Shown here piece by piece: positions 1 to 14,615 of a DNA stretch of 64,000 nt (the first letter of the stretch is position 1; each line of letters begins with the position of its first letter). The translations under genes were made by a program, and so were the position numbers. The notes beneath the pieces were generated by a model. The model was not told the DNA's origin and made no database searches. It saw nothing but the letters and a program-made list of their open reading frames with translations. The DNA comes from Glaucostegus cemiculus (lineage: Eukaryota): the NCBI GenBank assembly GCA_976551045.1, contig CDPCPM010000022.1, positions 8,990,001 to 9,054,000 on the forward strand. Direction: 5' to 3'.

Positions 1-560
1 TAAGCACCTCCGCTATTTCTTCCGGATCCATACACACTTTCCCGCTTCCGCTCTTGATAGGCCCTATCCTTTCACATCTCATCCTCTTACTCTTCATATA
101 CCTGTAGAATGCCTTGGGGTTTCCTTAATCCTACCTGCCAAGGCCTTCTCATGCCCTCTTCTGGCTCTCCTAATCTCTTTCTTAAGTTCCTTCCTTTTAG
201 CCTTGTACTCTTCCAGATCCCTAACATTACCCAGCTCTCTGTACCTTTTGTGCGCTTTCCTTTTCTTCTTGACTAGCTTTATTATAGCCTTCGTACACCA
301 CAGTTCCTGCATCCTCTCGTGACTCCCCTGTCTCATTGGAACATGTCTGTGAAGAGCTCCACACAACTACCCCCTGAATATCTGCCACGTATCTTCTGTA
401 CTTTTCCCAGAGAGCATCTGCTCCCAATTTAATCTTCCAATTTCTTGCCTGAGAACCTCATAATTCCCTTTACTCCAATTAAACGCCTTTCTAGTCTGCC
501 TGTTCCTATCCCTCTCCATTGCTAACATAAAGGAGATAGAATTATGATCACTGTCACCAA
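1..560 (-). mobile_element. CR1-clade LINE ORF2 fragment
   Basis: Frameshifted translation (KKKRKAHKRY...KKEIRRARRGHEKALAGRIKE) is homologous to the CR1 ORF2 linker at 27277-27681. Confidence 0.8.
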
Positions 561-574
561 AATATCTAATATGC

Positions 575-1085
575 AGAACAGCTTTTCACTATCCACTCAA
601 TTTATTCCCTTCATAATCTTGGATGCCTCTATCAGGTCCTCCCTCTGTGTCCTTCACCTCAAGAACAATAAAATTATCCAGTCTCTCCTCATAACTCAAA
701 CGTTCCATTCCAGGCAACATAAGACCGTAAGATATAGGAGCAGAATTAAGCCATTCAGCCCTTTGAGTCTGCTCTGTCATTTGATCATGGCTGATTTATT
801 TTTCCCTCTCAACCCCATTCTCCTGTCTTCTCCCTATAACCTTTGACGGCCTTACTAATCAAGAACCTATCAGCCTCCACTTTAAATATACCCAATATCT
901 TAGCCACCACAGCTGTAATGAATTCCACAGATTCACCACCCTCTGACTAAAGAAATTCTTCCCCACCTCTGTTCTAATCTGATATTCTGGTGAATCTCCT
1001 CAGTATCCTTTTCAGTGCATTTATGTCCTTCCTTTTGTATGCCAACCAGAACTGCACACAACATTAAAACTGTGCTCTGCTCAAA
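575..1085 (-). mobile_element. Two nested CR1 3'-end fragments (the inner one ~716-976)
   Basis: MLPGMERLSYEERL and RGDLIE-like ORF2 C-terminal motifs are interrupted by a second CR1 3' UTR (gctgaatggcttaattctgctcctatatcttacgg). Confidence 0.65.
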
Positions 1086-1239
1086 GTTCTATTGGGGGTA
1101 CTGAATGTAATACACTTGATATGCAGAGTGCAAGTGAATCACTTTTTAACCTTAACCCTACTCTTCTCATCATTTGGGACCATTTGAGTGGGAAGACGAG
1201 AGGTAAAAGGACAGGTATTACATCTCTTGTGGTTTCCAC

Positions 1240-1550
1240 TGATTGAGGAGTTTAAAACCAGGGGTCACTTTCAGGATAAAAGGTATGTCAGTTGGGACTA
1301 AGATTTGGAGACATTTCTTCATGCAGATAATGGTGAATCTTTGGAATTCTCTATGCCATGGTGCTGAGGGAGTGGTTGAGTTCACTCAAAACAAAGATCG
1401 ATAGATTTCTGGACATTAGGGGAACCAAGGCATATGAGGATCATGCAGGAAATGGCAATAATGTAGGTAATCAGCCATGATTTTGATCATGGTGCAGCAG
1501 GTTTAAAGAGCCAAATGACCGACTTTTGCATCTGTTTTTTATGTTCTTAT
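1240..1550 (+). mobile_element. CR1 3'-end fragment
   Basis: Decayed TRGH...FFxQxVVNLWN coding sequence followed by a CR1-type 3' UTR ending atgttcttatg. Confidence 0.6.
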
Positions 1551-4500
1551 GACTATCAACAGCAGTATAATTGCTGAAACCTAATGTGGTTATCCTTGTG
1601 AGATAGATGATTGCAGGGTGTAGGTGGTCAGCATTGACCAAACGCTTATTTGTGGAGAACACATATTCACTGATCAGATGCTGGATATTTAGTGATGAAC
1701 AATTCATCTTCTGAGTGTCCAAAGCCCGTCCACTATCTATAAGGCTCATCAAGAGTATGGTGGAATAGCGTTCACTTGTTTGCCTGAGTACAGTTCCAAT
1801 AACACTCGAGAAGCTTGCATCATCAAGAATGAAACACCCCATTTGATCCACTAGCTTAAACATTCACTTCCTCCACCATTAGTTTACCATGGATGGAGAA
1901 GATACCATCTGCAAGCAAATTTCCAAGGATCTTTTGACAGCGTTTCAACCCAACTACTTCTATCACCAAGAAGGTTAAAGACAACAGGTGCACAGGAAAA
2001 CCAAAATTTGCAAGATCTTCTCAAGTGAGAAGAGAATACCTCCATCATGACATTGAAAAATATAATTTTCACCTTGGCTGGCCCAAGATACTGCAACTCA
2101 ATACTGAACATTATTGTAGAAGTAACTTCAACAGCTTGACTGCAGTTGATACAGAAATTTCTCAAGGACTATAAGAGGTGGGCAATGAATGCTAATCTTA
2201 CAAGAGCCACCCATTTAACATGAAAGAGTGAACTTTAGACCCTTGGCATAAAAGCATACTTTATCTAAAGCCTGGCAAAATCAACTTTCAATGTTATATC
2301 CTCTATGACCTCATTATCCTCTTCTGCTCTGATAACCTTTCATAATACACATACGTCCGCATCATACTACTTTTAATCCCATTGAAAAATGTTTGTAACA
2401 TAGAATCCAAGTGAAATCAGCCTGGATTCTATTTATTTTGTGTAAACTCCAATTTTTTGTATGCATTCTTGGCATGGAATCCTGCAGAACTGCATGTGCG
2501 ATTGGACATTATGTTAATGCCTACATCCAGCTTATACTGATCTAACCAATTTGACTGCTTGTTTTGAAGGAAGCCACGTCACTTAACAATTTTCTTACTG
2601 GTACATTATTAAAGGCTTTTTTGGACACCATGGAATATAATATCTAATGGACTAATATCATCCATCAATTAAATTAAGCTGATGTGCTAGGACTATTTCC
2701 AAAAGCTATGCTGGGATTCCATAATGACCTCTGCATATTATTGTAAAGGTCCCCTCTGTTAATTCTCTCACAAAAATGATATCAAAGTAATTGTCCAAGA
2801 ATTCCCAGGTACTAACTTATTCACTTTTTAAATATAGGCAAAAACTCTTTGCATCAGAATTTTACCAGACTTCAACTGATAGCTAACATATGGGCAAGGA
2901 TTAGCAGAACACAGATCCTGTGGGCTACAACCCACACCAATTTCACTTATAGCCACATGGGAGTGATTTTTGTATGCAAGTAATGTGTTATGCGAAAGAC
3001 ACTTAAGTGACAAAGTATTGTGATTTCTGGGCCTTTTTTGAGGTTACAAATGTGAACTGAATGCAATTTTTGGAGGAATAAGACAGAAATTGCACCCACT
3101 TTTGAGAACTTTCAACATTCTCTGTTTTATTTCAGATTTCCAGCATCTGCCTTCTTTTTGCCTTTTGTAATTTTGAAGTTATGCTCAGCACAAACTGAGT
3201 TGTAAAATGTTCCATTGTGGCTGAAATTTTTAAAGGCATCATTTGTTTACTGGAATGGATGGCTTTAGTAACCTGATATGGAAAGCACCAGGATGGAGAA
3301 AGGAATGAGCACTGTGTTTCTCTGACATTGGACTGGATATCACAATGATAGAAGTGGACACTGGGAAAGAGGTTCAAATTGGTTGGCAGCTGACTTCTCT
3401 GTCAAAGAGAGCAGTAAGCTTCAGCCATGAAATTCTGAGATATTTAGCCCACTGTTGCATGAATCCATCATGGATTTATGCAGGGGCTCCCAAAACTGGT
3501 ACATGTAAAATCTATCCCATTCATGGCCAGATACAAAAGGCTGAAGTTTGGACACCAATGCATCTATTTGCAAAGCCATTACTGGACATCATAAAAAACT
3601 TAAATTATGAGGAAAATTTGGCTTGGTAAAGATTACCTTTTTTTGAAAGAGAGGCTAAGTGGTCAATTACTTGAAGGGAACAGTCAATTATAAGTGCACC
3701 AGAGAAAGCAAATAGGAGAAACCTATTTCTCTCTCAGGGAGATCAATAACCATGTTCTTAAAGTTATTGAAAAAATGGTTAAATGGAATTTGAGAAGAAC
3801 TTTTCTTCATTCAGCAGGTGCTTGGGGTCTGGAAGCCACTTCCTGTAAAGGTGGGTAAGGTAGAAGCACTTACCAATTTTGAAATATATTTGTGTGACAA
3901 TTTGTTGCTGCATAGTCTTCAATCTATAGACCAGACAGCTGCCTTAGGGTTAGTATGGACGAAATGACAAAATGGCTTCCTTGTGTGTCAAAAATCTCTA
4001 CGATACTTTCATTGGAGCAACATGACCCCTTTTGTTCAGGTTCTGAGACACTTACACTATAAAGTTCTTCTGGGCCATACATAGAAAAGACCTAAATACT
4101 GTATAAATTGGAAATAGTTTGTATAACAAATAATTGGACTTAACCAAGATCAGTTCCAAAATTTGACAGTTCAGTGATGCTCATCAGTATTGCGGTAATC
4201 AATCTTCTGAATTATATTGTCTGAAATCATTACTAAAATTATTGTCCATTAATATACCATCAATTAACTAATTAGGATTTTCCAATGTGCAGGCAGAATG
4301 TTACTTCAATTTTTCATTAAGTAAATGCTTCAAAATATTGAAATTTTCATACATTTATTAACGTTAACAAATTCTGTTTTACTTTCTATTAAGTTTATAC
4401 CTTGAAGATATTAATATTTTTAAAATCTTAAAAGATAGGATATGTTTTGAAATGAAAAGCATTTTCTTTAAATATTTTCCTTTTGTCAGAGTATTTTATA

Positions 4501-5269
4501 AATACAAGTCTTTCTTTCAAGCTTATAAGGATACTGCAAATGTAATTATGAGTGTAAGATTGTCGTTGTTAATCTAAAGAATGGGAGAATTAAACTAGTG
4601 CAAGCTCTGAACTAGCTAATACAGAGTGATCTAAATACAGGTGCCAAGAGAAGAAAAAAAAATCCCACAGCACATTCCAACTGGATCCTTAAAGAATTGC
4701 AGGTTTGCTTGGGATTCAGTAGACCATCAGTAGGGTCATAAGAACTGTGCATAGAGACAGCTTTCACAGAAGATCTGTGTTCGATGGTACAGGACAAGAG
4801 AGCTCTTTGTATGAAAAGGTGGGAACTTTCATGGTTGTCCTGCTGTGTATCAAGGAACCCATGGCCAAGTAGAGGAGATGATTCAAAAGCCAACTTGACA
4901 GAAGAAGCTAAAAGAGGAGGGGAGTAGGCCTCCAACTAGAGGACCAGTCATGCCAGTATCTTTGGAGATGCCAGACCATATGTTCACATCGTTGAGCAGC
5001 AATGTGGCTGGAGGCCATGTTTCTCCAAGGACTGTTACTGAGAACTGGCATTGGCTGTCGGCAGAGCCTCAGGCACAAAGTCCTGCCTGGGCCATTCTGC
5101 TAATAGCAGTGAAGGTCATATTGGCCCTCAGTATCTTTTTGCCCAGAATATTCCACAAAGGTATTGCAGATTTCAGCTATATCTCTTACGTTGCGGCACA
5201 TTTCTTTGTTGGAGAAGTACCAGAGAATTAGTACTTTAGAAAGTGAAATTAATTTTACTCTCTTAAAGA

Positions 5270-6010
5270 ACAACAGACAGCCCCAGCATTCAGTTTTCTC
5301 AACATTGATCCTGAACACCATTACCAATGCTGAGTGAATAAAACAGTCCATGGAGAAAGATTTGAATAACATTTTGACTCGGGCTAAAAAATGACAAATA
5401 ATATTTGCTGCATACAAGTGTCAAGCAATAACTATTTCCATTAAGAGGATATTCAGCAACATCGCCACCACCTAATCCTCAGCTATGAACAGCATGAGAA
5501 ATCACTCTTTACTGGAACCATAGCAAGATTAGGTACCTACTTACACAGGTGCAAAACATGTTTGAGTTTGGGTACTCTGCAGCAAAACATTGTCCTCCTG
5601 ATTTAAAACAAGTTTTTCAACCATCTGCAAAGTAGGATCAGGAGTATAATGGAATATTCTCCACTTGTTTTGATGACATAGCTCCAGCAATTTGATGACA
5701 TCCATGACATACCAGTTTGCTTAACTGGTAACATGATCAACCACCATGAACATTTATTCAGGCCATGTCTTGTGTACAATGACTGCACAGAAGCTACTCA
5801 ATAAGGCTTCTTCAACATTATCTGGAAAACCCACACTCAATTTCCTGAGGGAGGTTTATTGCCTTTTGCTAGTAGGGTCCTTTTTATCCTCCTCACAAGA
5901 TTCTAATCTACTATCTCTATAGGTTCTCATCACCCATTCAAGGGCAGTTAGAATAAATTACTGAATGCTTAACTACTAGTGATGTTCACATCCTTTGAGT
6001 AAATGATAAA
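5270..6010 (+). mobile_element. Old CR1-group LINE 3' fragment (a related piece lies at ~1600-2220)
   Basis: Decayed WQIxFAxxKCQAITIS and YKAxVRSxMEYSP-like motifs, shared with 1740-1900. Confidence 0.45.
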
Positions 6011-6550
6011 TATCCTCTTAGCATTTATTCTGTCAATTCCACTCAGAATCTGAAATGTTTCAGTGAGATCCCCTTTCATTCTTCTATAGCACAAAGAACC
6101 AAGGCCCGACCTGCTTGTTCTTTCATCATAAATCAACTTATTCATCCCAGGAATCAATCTAGTGAACATTCCCTGAACTGTTTCCAATGCAAGCACATCC
6201 TTCCTTAAACATGGAAAACTCTGCAGAGTACTTCAGCTGTAATTTCATCAGCACCCATAATGCTGCATTAATGTTCCTTTACTTCTGTACTCCATGTCTA
6301 TTACAATGTAATTCCATTTGCCTTTTGGATTACTTGGAGTGCCTGCATACTGATATTCTATGTCTCATCACTAGCACACCCAGATTTCTTTGTGGTGTAG
6401 CATTCTGCAGTCTCACTCCATTTAAATAATAATTTGCTTATTTCATTCTTCTTTTGAAGTTGGATAACATCACATTTTCCCACATTATATTCCGTCTGCC
6501 AATTTCTTGCCCACTCACATAATCTAACTAAATATCGCACTGTAGGCTCT
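6010..6550 (-). mobile_element. CR1 ORF2 C-terminal fragment
   Basis: EWARNWQTEYNVGKCDVI and LALETVQGMFTRLIPGM...KGDLTETF motifs. Confidence 0.75.
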
Positions 6551-6897
6551 TGTCCTCCTCACAAGATGCTAACTACCTCTGTAGGTTCTCATCACCCACT
6601 CAAGGCCAGTCAGAGTAAACTGTTGAATGCTGAACTACTAGTGATAGCCACATCCTTTGAGTGAATGAAAATGAAGAAAACCAAAGTTCTCCTTTGCCAG
6701 TCCCTGTCCCACCTTCTTTCTGTTGTTGTTCATCTCAATGTCTACTCAGGCTGCATTTGTGAATAGAAGAACAAAGTAAATCAATAAAACAAACACAGTT
6801 TATACATCAATATCAAATCCTTACAAACATCAATTAATCACCCATGTGTGCAACTTTAGGGCCTCCCTATTGCCTGCCCTATTGCTTCTCATGGAGC

Positions 6898-7090
6898 AAT
6901 AGAGACATGCAGCTTGGAAACAGGCCTTTTGGTCCATTGTCTACATTGACTATCAAGCACCCATTTATATCAATCTTACACTAATCTCATTTTATTTCTC
7001 CCCACATCATCAACTCCCCCAGATTCCACCACGCACATAAAGCTAGGGGTAGTTTGCAGTCACCAATTAATCCAACAACCCACATTTCCG
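6898..7090 (-). mobile_element. SINE 3' half with CR1-derived tail
   Basis: Similar to 31686-31860 of the fuller SINE copy. Confidence 0.55.
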
Positions 7091-10000
7091 ACATTGTGAT
7101 TTGCTAGTGGCTGCAGCCAAACTGAGGAAGGACAATTCACATGTCATAAAGAAATATCTTAAGCAGCTCAGGGCCCAGATGGGATGGGTTTGAGCTACAC
7201 CATCTTGCTAGGAACAGCAGCAGTCTGGTTTGCATGTTAATGAACTGAGCCTTCATTCTGGAAGCTAAAGACACATTGAAAAATTCAGACTTTTGGAAAG
7301 TTCTACCTGAACTGTAATGGAAGATGGGACCTTGGTGAATGGATGCTCCATGATAGTTGGATCTGCAAATGTTTGAAATGGAACTGGCCATTGTTTATAC
7401 ACTGAAAAAAATTAGGTTCTGAAGTTTGGAGAAAGCCCTGCACAAGACTGAAAATGGAAAAAGCCTTGATATCCAATACAAGCTTTCAGAGAGACCTGCC
7501 AATGCCTCAGGCATCTCATGGTGCATGACAATCAACCATGATAATCATCTAAGTCCTCTGGAGCAGAACTCATGGGTAGCTTTGCCTGCCCTCTTTGGAG
7601 CAAGAATTTGCATTCCCTTGCCTTGGCTACAGCTTTATGCCTAGTGACGTACAATTTGTAAATCCTATCTAAGCCACCATCTACAACATAGATCATCTTA
7701 ATGTTACATATGCAGAATAATTTATATGTAGATGTTAACTGTGAATCACACATAGAATTGTTATTTTTTGTTTTCAATAGCTTCGCTGGAATTTTTTTAA
7801 AACTAAGGCTGAGTTTGCATCAGAAGGTGGTTTCACTTTGATATTTTTCCTGCAGAACAAATGAAAGGAATTAGCAATGTCACTTATGCAAATTGTACAC
7901 ACACACAATTTATAAGATTTCCCTTCATAACCAATGGTTTTCTTTCAGGATTTTTGGGGTACACATTCCCATATACATCGCACCCAAACTTGTTCATAGT
8001 GTTATCTTGATGTTGCTTTGTATCTGAAAATTAGAAAATTTACCAGGAAGATCTTAAACATTAAATTTAGATAAGCATTCACGAATAATCGGGTTTTAAA
8101 TGAGTAAAGCATGTGCTTTCATTCTTTCATAAGAGGAAAATATTGTTGTCAAAACAAGTATTCATACCTATCCCTTACCTTCCATGAGAAGATGTTGATG
8201 AGGGACTTCTATGAACTGCTGCAGTACCTGTGCTGGAGATACGTCCAAGGTGCTACAAGTTGGGGAGTTCCAGGATGACATTGACCTTGTAATGAAGGAA
8301 TACCATTATATTTCCAATACTGTAAACTCAGTTGAGCAGGTTTCTTGCCAACCTTCTGCAGCTAAACAAATAAACAAAAAAAACCAACCAAACAAGGCAA
8401 TTGAGAAAATTCCTGGTGAAAATATCCAAATTCAAAGAAAGAGAGAGAAAGAAAGGAAATATTGTGAGGACCTCTGTGATGGTTACTGGAGAAACACATT
8501 TAATAATTTTTGTAATATATTTGTGTTTATTATCCTGGAAAACATTCTTCCAATATTTTTTCACTAAGAAGACAAATTGAATTTGGAAATCATCCATTTA
8601 AGCAGAACAGGCTAATTACATTGTCTATACTTTAACCTTCTTATTTGAGAAGGCTACTGCTTTACTTGTGCCTGTTTATTTTCAACCTTTGTCTTTGGGA
8701 GGCTAATTATATGATTCGTATTATCCAATTGCAATCATCCTAATTAATTACAACTGTTCTAGCTGTAGAAGAAATGTATTTTCAGCAGCAATAATAAAGT
8801 TCATATTACATTAAAGCTGAAAAATGCATTGAGAATTGTCTAATGAGTAAGAATTTGATGAAGAGCTTGGTCAATCCAGATTGTTTTGGGCTCTGTTCCC
8901 AGCAATGCTGCCAAGCCTAGCTCTCCAATTGGTAATGCTTCTACATTTTCATCTTCCTTGATTTTGGGATTTCACTCAACACCAGATTCAATTCTTCTCA
9001 TGAATTAACCGGTACATGGTCAAAGTCTGTTGTACCCATTCTTAGTACTACCAGAAACACAATCCTAGTCTTTCTAGATTCCCAAACCACAACATTGCCT
9101 TCCCTTTGGGACAATTACCAGGACTTCAGTGTACTAAGCTACAAAATCACCCTCTCCATTCTTAAAATAACAAAAAATATCTTCATCACCAAAATAACTC
9201 CCATTACCATCAAAGCACAATAAACAAAGTAGCTGATTGAGAACCTAAATTCCTTTCACTCTGATCCAAATTGCTCATTTACTGCCAATAGGCTGTAATA
9301 TTGACTGCAATCTTCCTGTAGCCAGAATTATTTTTTAAAAATGCAGCAATTAGTGCCTTAAAATACAGCCACTGCAATGAATGCATTGGTGTTTATGATT
9401 TCCAGTGTTGTTAGAAGTATTCATGATTGAATATGTGTCAGTGAGTGCATTCCCATCATCATTTCCTTTTACCATGGTTGCTCCTGCAAGAGAAAAATAA
9501 GTGCTTGCCATCACTTCTATAATTCATTTATTTTGAATTAATTTAGAGTTCTTAGCTTTATTTCTCACTCCTGTGCAGCCAGAATCTAGCTGCAAGGGCA
9601 TGTATACCTATGGAAAATAGAGATCATTATGTGTTAATATAAGATAAGAACCTTTATTGTGATATAGATTGCACAGTCTCAAAAGTAAGTGAACAAAGAT
9701 AGTAGACATCCATGAAAAGATATAAACATAAAATGTTTTAATAGTTAAATGATATCAGACACTCAGTTGAAATTATACATTTTTACTATTTTAACGTTTA
9801 AAGCATTCTGGGCTTTGCTAGCTGAGGCATTATTAGTATCTTGAAAAGAGCTGTCTCTGAATCCCTCTGACTGAAGCAAGATTGAATCATCAGCACAGAG
9901 CAAAGAGATTAAGTAATTGCAGTTTCTTCAGAAGGTCAAGTGACAAAAGGGTTATACTCATTACCATTTTTAAATTGCTTTACACTCAGATTTGTTGGTG

Positions 10001-11159
10001 AAGGATTTATAAAGCATTTCAAGAGTATCCATGAATCCAATGGAGCTAAGGCCCAGTGGTTTCCAAATGGGATCCTCCATGTTGATCTTCCAGGTCTGTG
10101 AGAGGTTTACATGCTAGTACATCTTAAAGCAACTAGAATCTTTTAAATTGGTGCCGAATGTCATATAATTCCCTTGAAATTTGTTAAACTAATTCAAAAA
10201 ATCTAGATTAACCTTCCTGAGTGCAATTACTGAGAGTGAGCCAGTGGAGGGGAACTGGCGGGAGTGGCGTGCATTAATGAAGCCTGTGGCTCAAGGCCTG
10301 CAATGAACTAACTGAGTGCAGGAACATGGGTGGACCTGTGAAGGATACCTACGTACATTTGTTTTGTCAGTCTGAAAAATACTTGAAATAAAAATCATTA
10401 TTTTGCAACCTAAGTGTGTATAACAGCATTTTCTGGCTCTCGGAGACAGGCTGTGGTTCAAATAACAAAGCTGCAAGACGAGAACTGTTACTACTTCTTT
10501 TATTAAAAAGAAGAGAAATATCAGTAAAGTTAAGAATATAATCATTATCAATCACATAAAAGTTTTACAGACTGGTGTGAAGAAAGCTGTTGGATTTTTA
10601 GTTTTTATTATTGTGAATAGAAGCCTGACTTGGCAACTCCTTTTCAATTGAACAAACATTCTAAGTCACGTGGGAAATCCAGGAAACTTCTCACAAAGTG
10701 GACAAACAAACATGTAAGAAAGAGAGACACAAGATACAATAGATGCTGGAATCTGTAGCAACATACAAAATGCTGGAGGAACTCAATGGGTCAGGCAGCA
10801 TCAATGGAAGGAAATGGACAGTTGACAGTCAAACATGTAAAAAACGTTTCCTTGAATCTTGAGCAACAGTCAGCATTGTAATAAATCTGAGAGCCATGTG
10901 GATGGTATCCTTTAAGAGCTTGTTATCCTTCATTTTTAGTGTCTACAGGCAGATAGGGAATAGGTGATTTGCTGATAATCAACACAGAACAAGCATTAAT
11001 GCAGTAGTCTTACTCTCCAGCAGGTTCTGAGTAAAAGTGAGGAAGGCAGTCTTCAGACAGTATAACTAGAGCCCAATATCATGGAAGCATGGGGGATTTA
11101 GCTGAACAAGGGTGCTTGTAAGGATGCAGGGAACAGTAAGGGGAGGAGGAAAGTCAGAA

Positions 11160-12102
11160 AAGCTATAGTGTAGAAACATCCAATAATTGGGGTGACGAAT
11201 GTCTGTTTCTGCAAATGTATATGCAATTTTACATCAAAGATAACTGAATGAACACAGCAAATTCTGAGATGTGGAGGGTGAACAACTAGAGGTCTTACCC
11301 TACACTGGAATCACTGATATATGTAGAAAGAACAATGAGATTGTGCAGCCAGAATTTAGGACACTAGAAATGGGCTAAAAAATTAGGACCACAAAAGGTA
11401 GTGATCTCTGGCTTACTATGGTTCTAGACATGACTAGTATTGGAACAAGAGGATAATTCAGGTGAATACATGGTTGATAAAATGGTGCAGACAGGAGTGC
11501 TTTGGATCCCTAGGGCATTGGAATGTTTGTAGGTGAGGTGGAAACTGAAAATACACCTTCGCAGAGCTAGGACTAATTTCGTCATGAGGCATTCACTAAT
11601 ACATCATGTTTAAATTTATTTGGAAATAGACTGGCATTAGAATGAATTTTTAGAAAGGAGAAAAATATACACACAGCAATGTAAGAAATAGTTTCGTATT
11701 GGATGGGTTCATGAGAAGTAAATAAGAAAACATATAAGAGAGCTTTATGATACATGTATTGTGTATGAATAAAATTAATAAAGTGCAGGATTAAATAGCC
11801 ATATGGAATTTTAATGCTGTGGTGATAATAGCCAGGATGGGGTTGGGTATTAAACATTCTTGAATACAATTTGTTAAGGAAAGGTAGGAATGAAAAGAAA
11901 GGAGGCCAAGTGGGTTGAGGGTGAACACAGTGATGACTGATGGGAGGTGGAGGTTGGGTGGATAGCAACAACTGATTGTAGAGCTGAAGGGTGGATGTCC
12001 TTGAGAGGCCAAGGAGGAAATCCATGTGTGTAGAGTTAAGAAACAATAGAGATGTCATTACCTTTCTGGGTCTATTCTATAGTTCACCAACTGGAGATAA
12101 AG
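11160..12102 (+). mobile_element. Old CR1 element: ORF1 esterase remnant and ORF2 endonuclease start
   Basis: SMCVELRNN...GLFYSSPT is homologous to WVELRNRKG...GLCYRPPN in the younger CR1 at 28172-28675. Confidence 0.55.
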
Positions 12103-12705
12103 AAATAAAGAAATTCAGCATGTCCCCATTGAAACTCACCAATTTTTATAAGTGTACCATAGAAGGCATCCAATCTGAATGCATCACGGCTTGGTAGGGC
12201 AACTGCTCTGCTGGAGATTGCAAGAAACTGCAGAGAGTTGTGTACACAGTTCAGCACATCGCAAAAACCAGCCTCCCCTCTATGGACTCTGTCTACATTT
12301 CTCACTACCTTGATAAAGCAGCCAACATAATGAAAAACCCCCACCCCAGACATCATCACTTCTTCCCCATCCCATTAGGCAGAAGATACAAAAGTCTGAA
12401 AACACATACCACCAGGCTCAAGGACAGCTTCTATCCTGCTGTTATAAGACTATTGAACAGTCTCCAGTATGACAAGATGGACTCGTGACCTCACAATCTA
12501 CTTTGTTATGGCCTTGCACCTTATTGTCTGCCTGCACTGCACCTTCTCTGTAACTGTAGCATTTTATTCTACATTCTGTTATTGCTTTTCCCTTGTACTA
12601 CCTTAAGGTACTGATGTGATGAAATAATCTGTATGGATGGCATGCAGAACAAAGTTTTTCACAGTACCTCAGCACATGCAATAATGATGGACTCATTTAC
12701 CAATT
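12103..12705 (+). mobile_element. Rex1/Babar-type LINE 3' fragment inserted into the old CR1
   Basis: KKFSMSPLKLTNFYKCTIE...CITAW and PLGRRYKSLKTHTTRLKDSFYP; closely similar to 15670-16170. Confidence 0.8.
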
Positions 12706-12959
12706 CAGAGGAAAACAGAGAAGAGCAAAACCAATAAAATTGAGCAGTGGTCATGAGACATCTTACCAATCCTCATGTTAACTGAGGTAATAGAATAGAG
12801 GGCTAAGAGGGGTAAAATTTCAGCAGTGAATTCAGGAGAACTTCCTCTATCTGTATGTTTTCAGCCAATAGTTTGCTGATCAGAGGCAGAGAGTGATGTT
12901 TGAGAGTTGTTTCTGTGATTGGAAGCCTCTGTCTACTGGCATTCCACAGGGATTGGAGC

Positions 12960-14615
12960 TGGGACAAAGGCATCTTTGTGTGTATGTCCAAAGATCGCTG
13001 AATGTACTTCAGCAACACAGGTAGAAAAGGTGTTAAGAAGCTATACAGCATACTTGTCTTCACCAGCTGAGGCTTACAAATGTAAGAGCCAAGAGATTAT
13101 GTACAACTATATAAAACATGAGCTAGGCCATTGCTGGAGCGCCACCACACTACAGAAAGGATGTGATTGCACTGGAAAGGGTGCAGAACAGATTCACCAA
13201 GGTGTTGCCCACGATGGATATTTGGATGAGGAGAGACTGAATCGGCTTGGTTTGTTTTCCTGGAGGTGGAGAAAGTTGAAGGGGAACCTGATAGTGGTGT
13301 ACAAAATTATGAGGAGTGTAATTAGGGTACATGGTGAGGAACTTTTCCCCTGAACATGTCTATAACCAGACAACATAGACAACAAGGGGAGGAAATTTAG
13401 AAGGGATTTGAAGGAGATTTTTTTTAACCAGTGAATGGTTGAAACCTAGAATGCACCATCTGAGGAGTGGTGGAGCAGTTACTCTTGCAACTTTTAAGTA
13501 CTCAAACAAGCCTTGAAATGCCATGGCGTAGAAGCTGCAAGCTGAGAGCTGAAAATAGGATTAGCAGAAATCATTATTTGATGGTTTGCATAGACATGGT
13601 GAGCTGAAGGGCCTGGTTCTATCCTGTATGATTCTATAGCTCTATAATTGTTCCATTTGGACCATGTTGTCCATTGAACCAGAAAAAGTGGATGTGTGAC
13701 AGATGTCAGGTGGATAGCATCTGAGGATCAGGCTAAATATAGAATGGTCAGAGGGGACATTTAAATAAAGAAGTCATAAAAAAAAGAGAACAAAGAAGCT
13801 GACACAGCTAAAATAAAAATAAGCCTTAGTCTTTTAAAGACGTATGAACAGCAAATGGGTAGAATGAGGAGATGCAAGATTAATTAAGACCCAAAGAAAA
13901 AGTCCACTTATACATGCAAAGGGCTTGGATGAGGTGTTAATTGTTAACTTTTCATCTGTTTTTGATAAAGAAGATTATACTTCTAGTTATAGTAAATGAG
14001 GACAGGATGTGCCCTATGTAGCTGAAAGGTTGAAATTGCAGAGGTACTGACTTCTTCCAATCCTCCCCAAACAATGAGACCACAGTATTAGTATACTGCA
14101 AACATTACATGTTAAAAAAGGATATGAAGGTAAACCTAGAGACAGGAGGGCAGTAACAATAATCAGGAATAAAGATAATAGTCAGTTGGATATGTACAGA
14201 TCAATAAAAGAAAAGCAGCATAGATGTTTTTTTTCAGGGTAAATACTACTTCATTTTGCAAATGAAAGTAAATTTAGTAAAAGGGCCGGTACCCTGAACC
14301 ATATGGACCACTTCAGATGCAGTCCCATCAAACATGTGTATAGTTTGTAGCAAAGGACTTAACACTTCATATTCAGGACTAATGAAAATAATGCTGTCAA
14401 TTGACTTTCAGAAGGTTTTTGATAAAGTACCATACAACAAGCTTGTCAGAAAAACTGAAGAACATTGGAAAAATATCTAGTAGCAGGCATGGATACAATA
14501 TTATCAGGAAATAAAGTCATGGTAAATGGTTATTTTCAGTCTGGAGGAAGGTATGCAGTGGTGTTCTTCCAGAGTAAGTACTAAGGTCACTGCTGCCAGG
14601 ATATATATGAATGGC
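12960..14615 (+). mobile_element. Decayed CR1 fragments (3' end to ~13640, internal RT region ~13690-14615)
   Basis: EERLNRLGLFS...GNLIVVYKIM motif, CR1 3' UTR at 13590-13640, and a DFQKxFDKVP motif at ~14402-14432. Confidence 0.6.
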
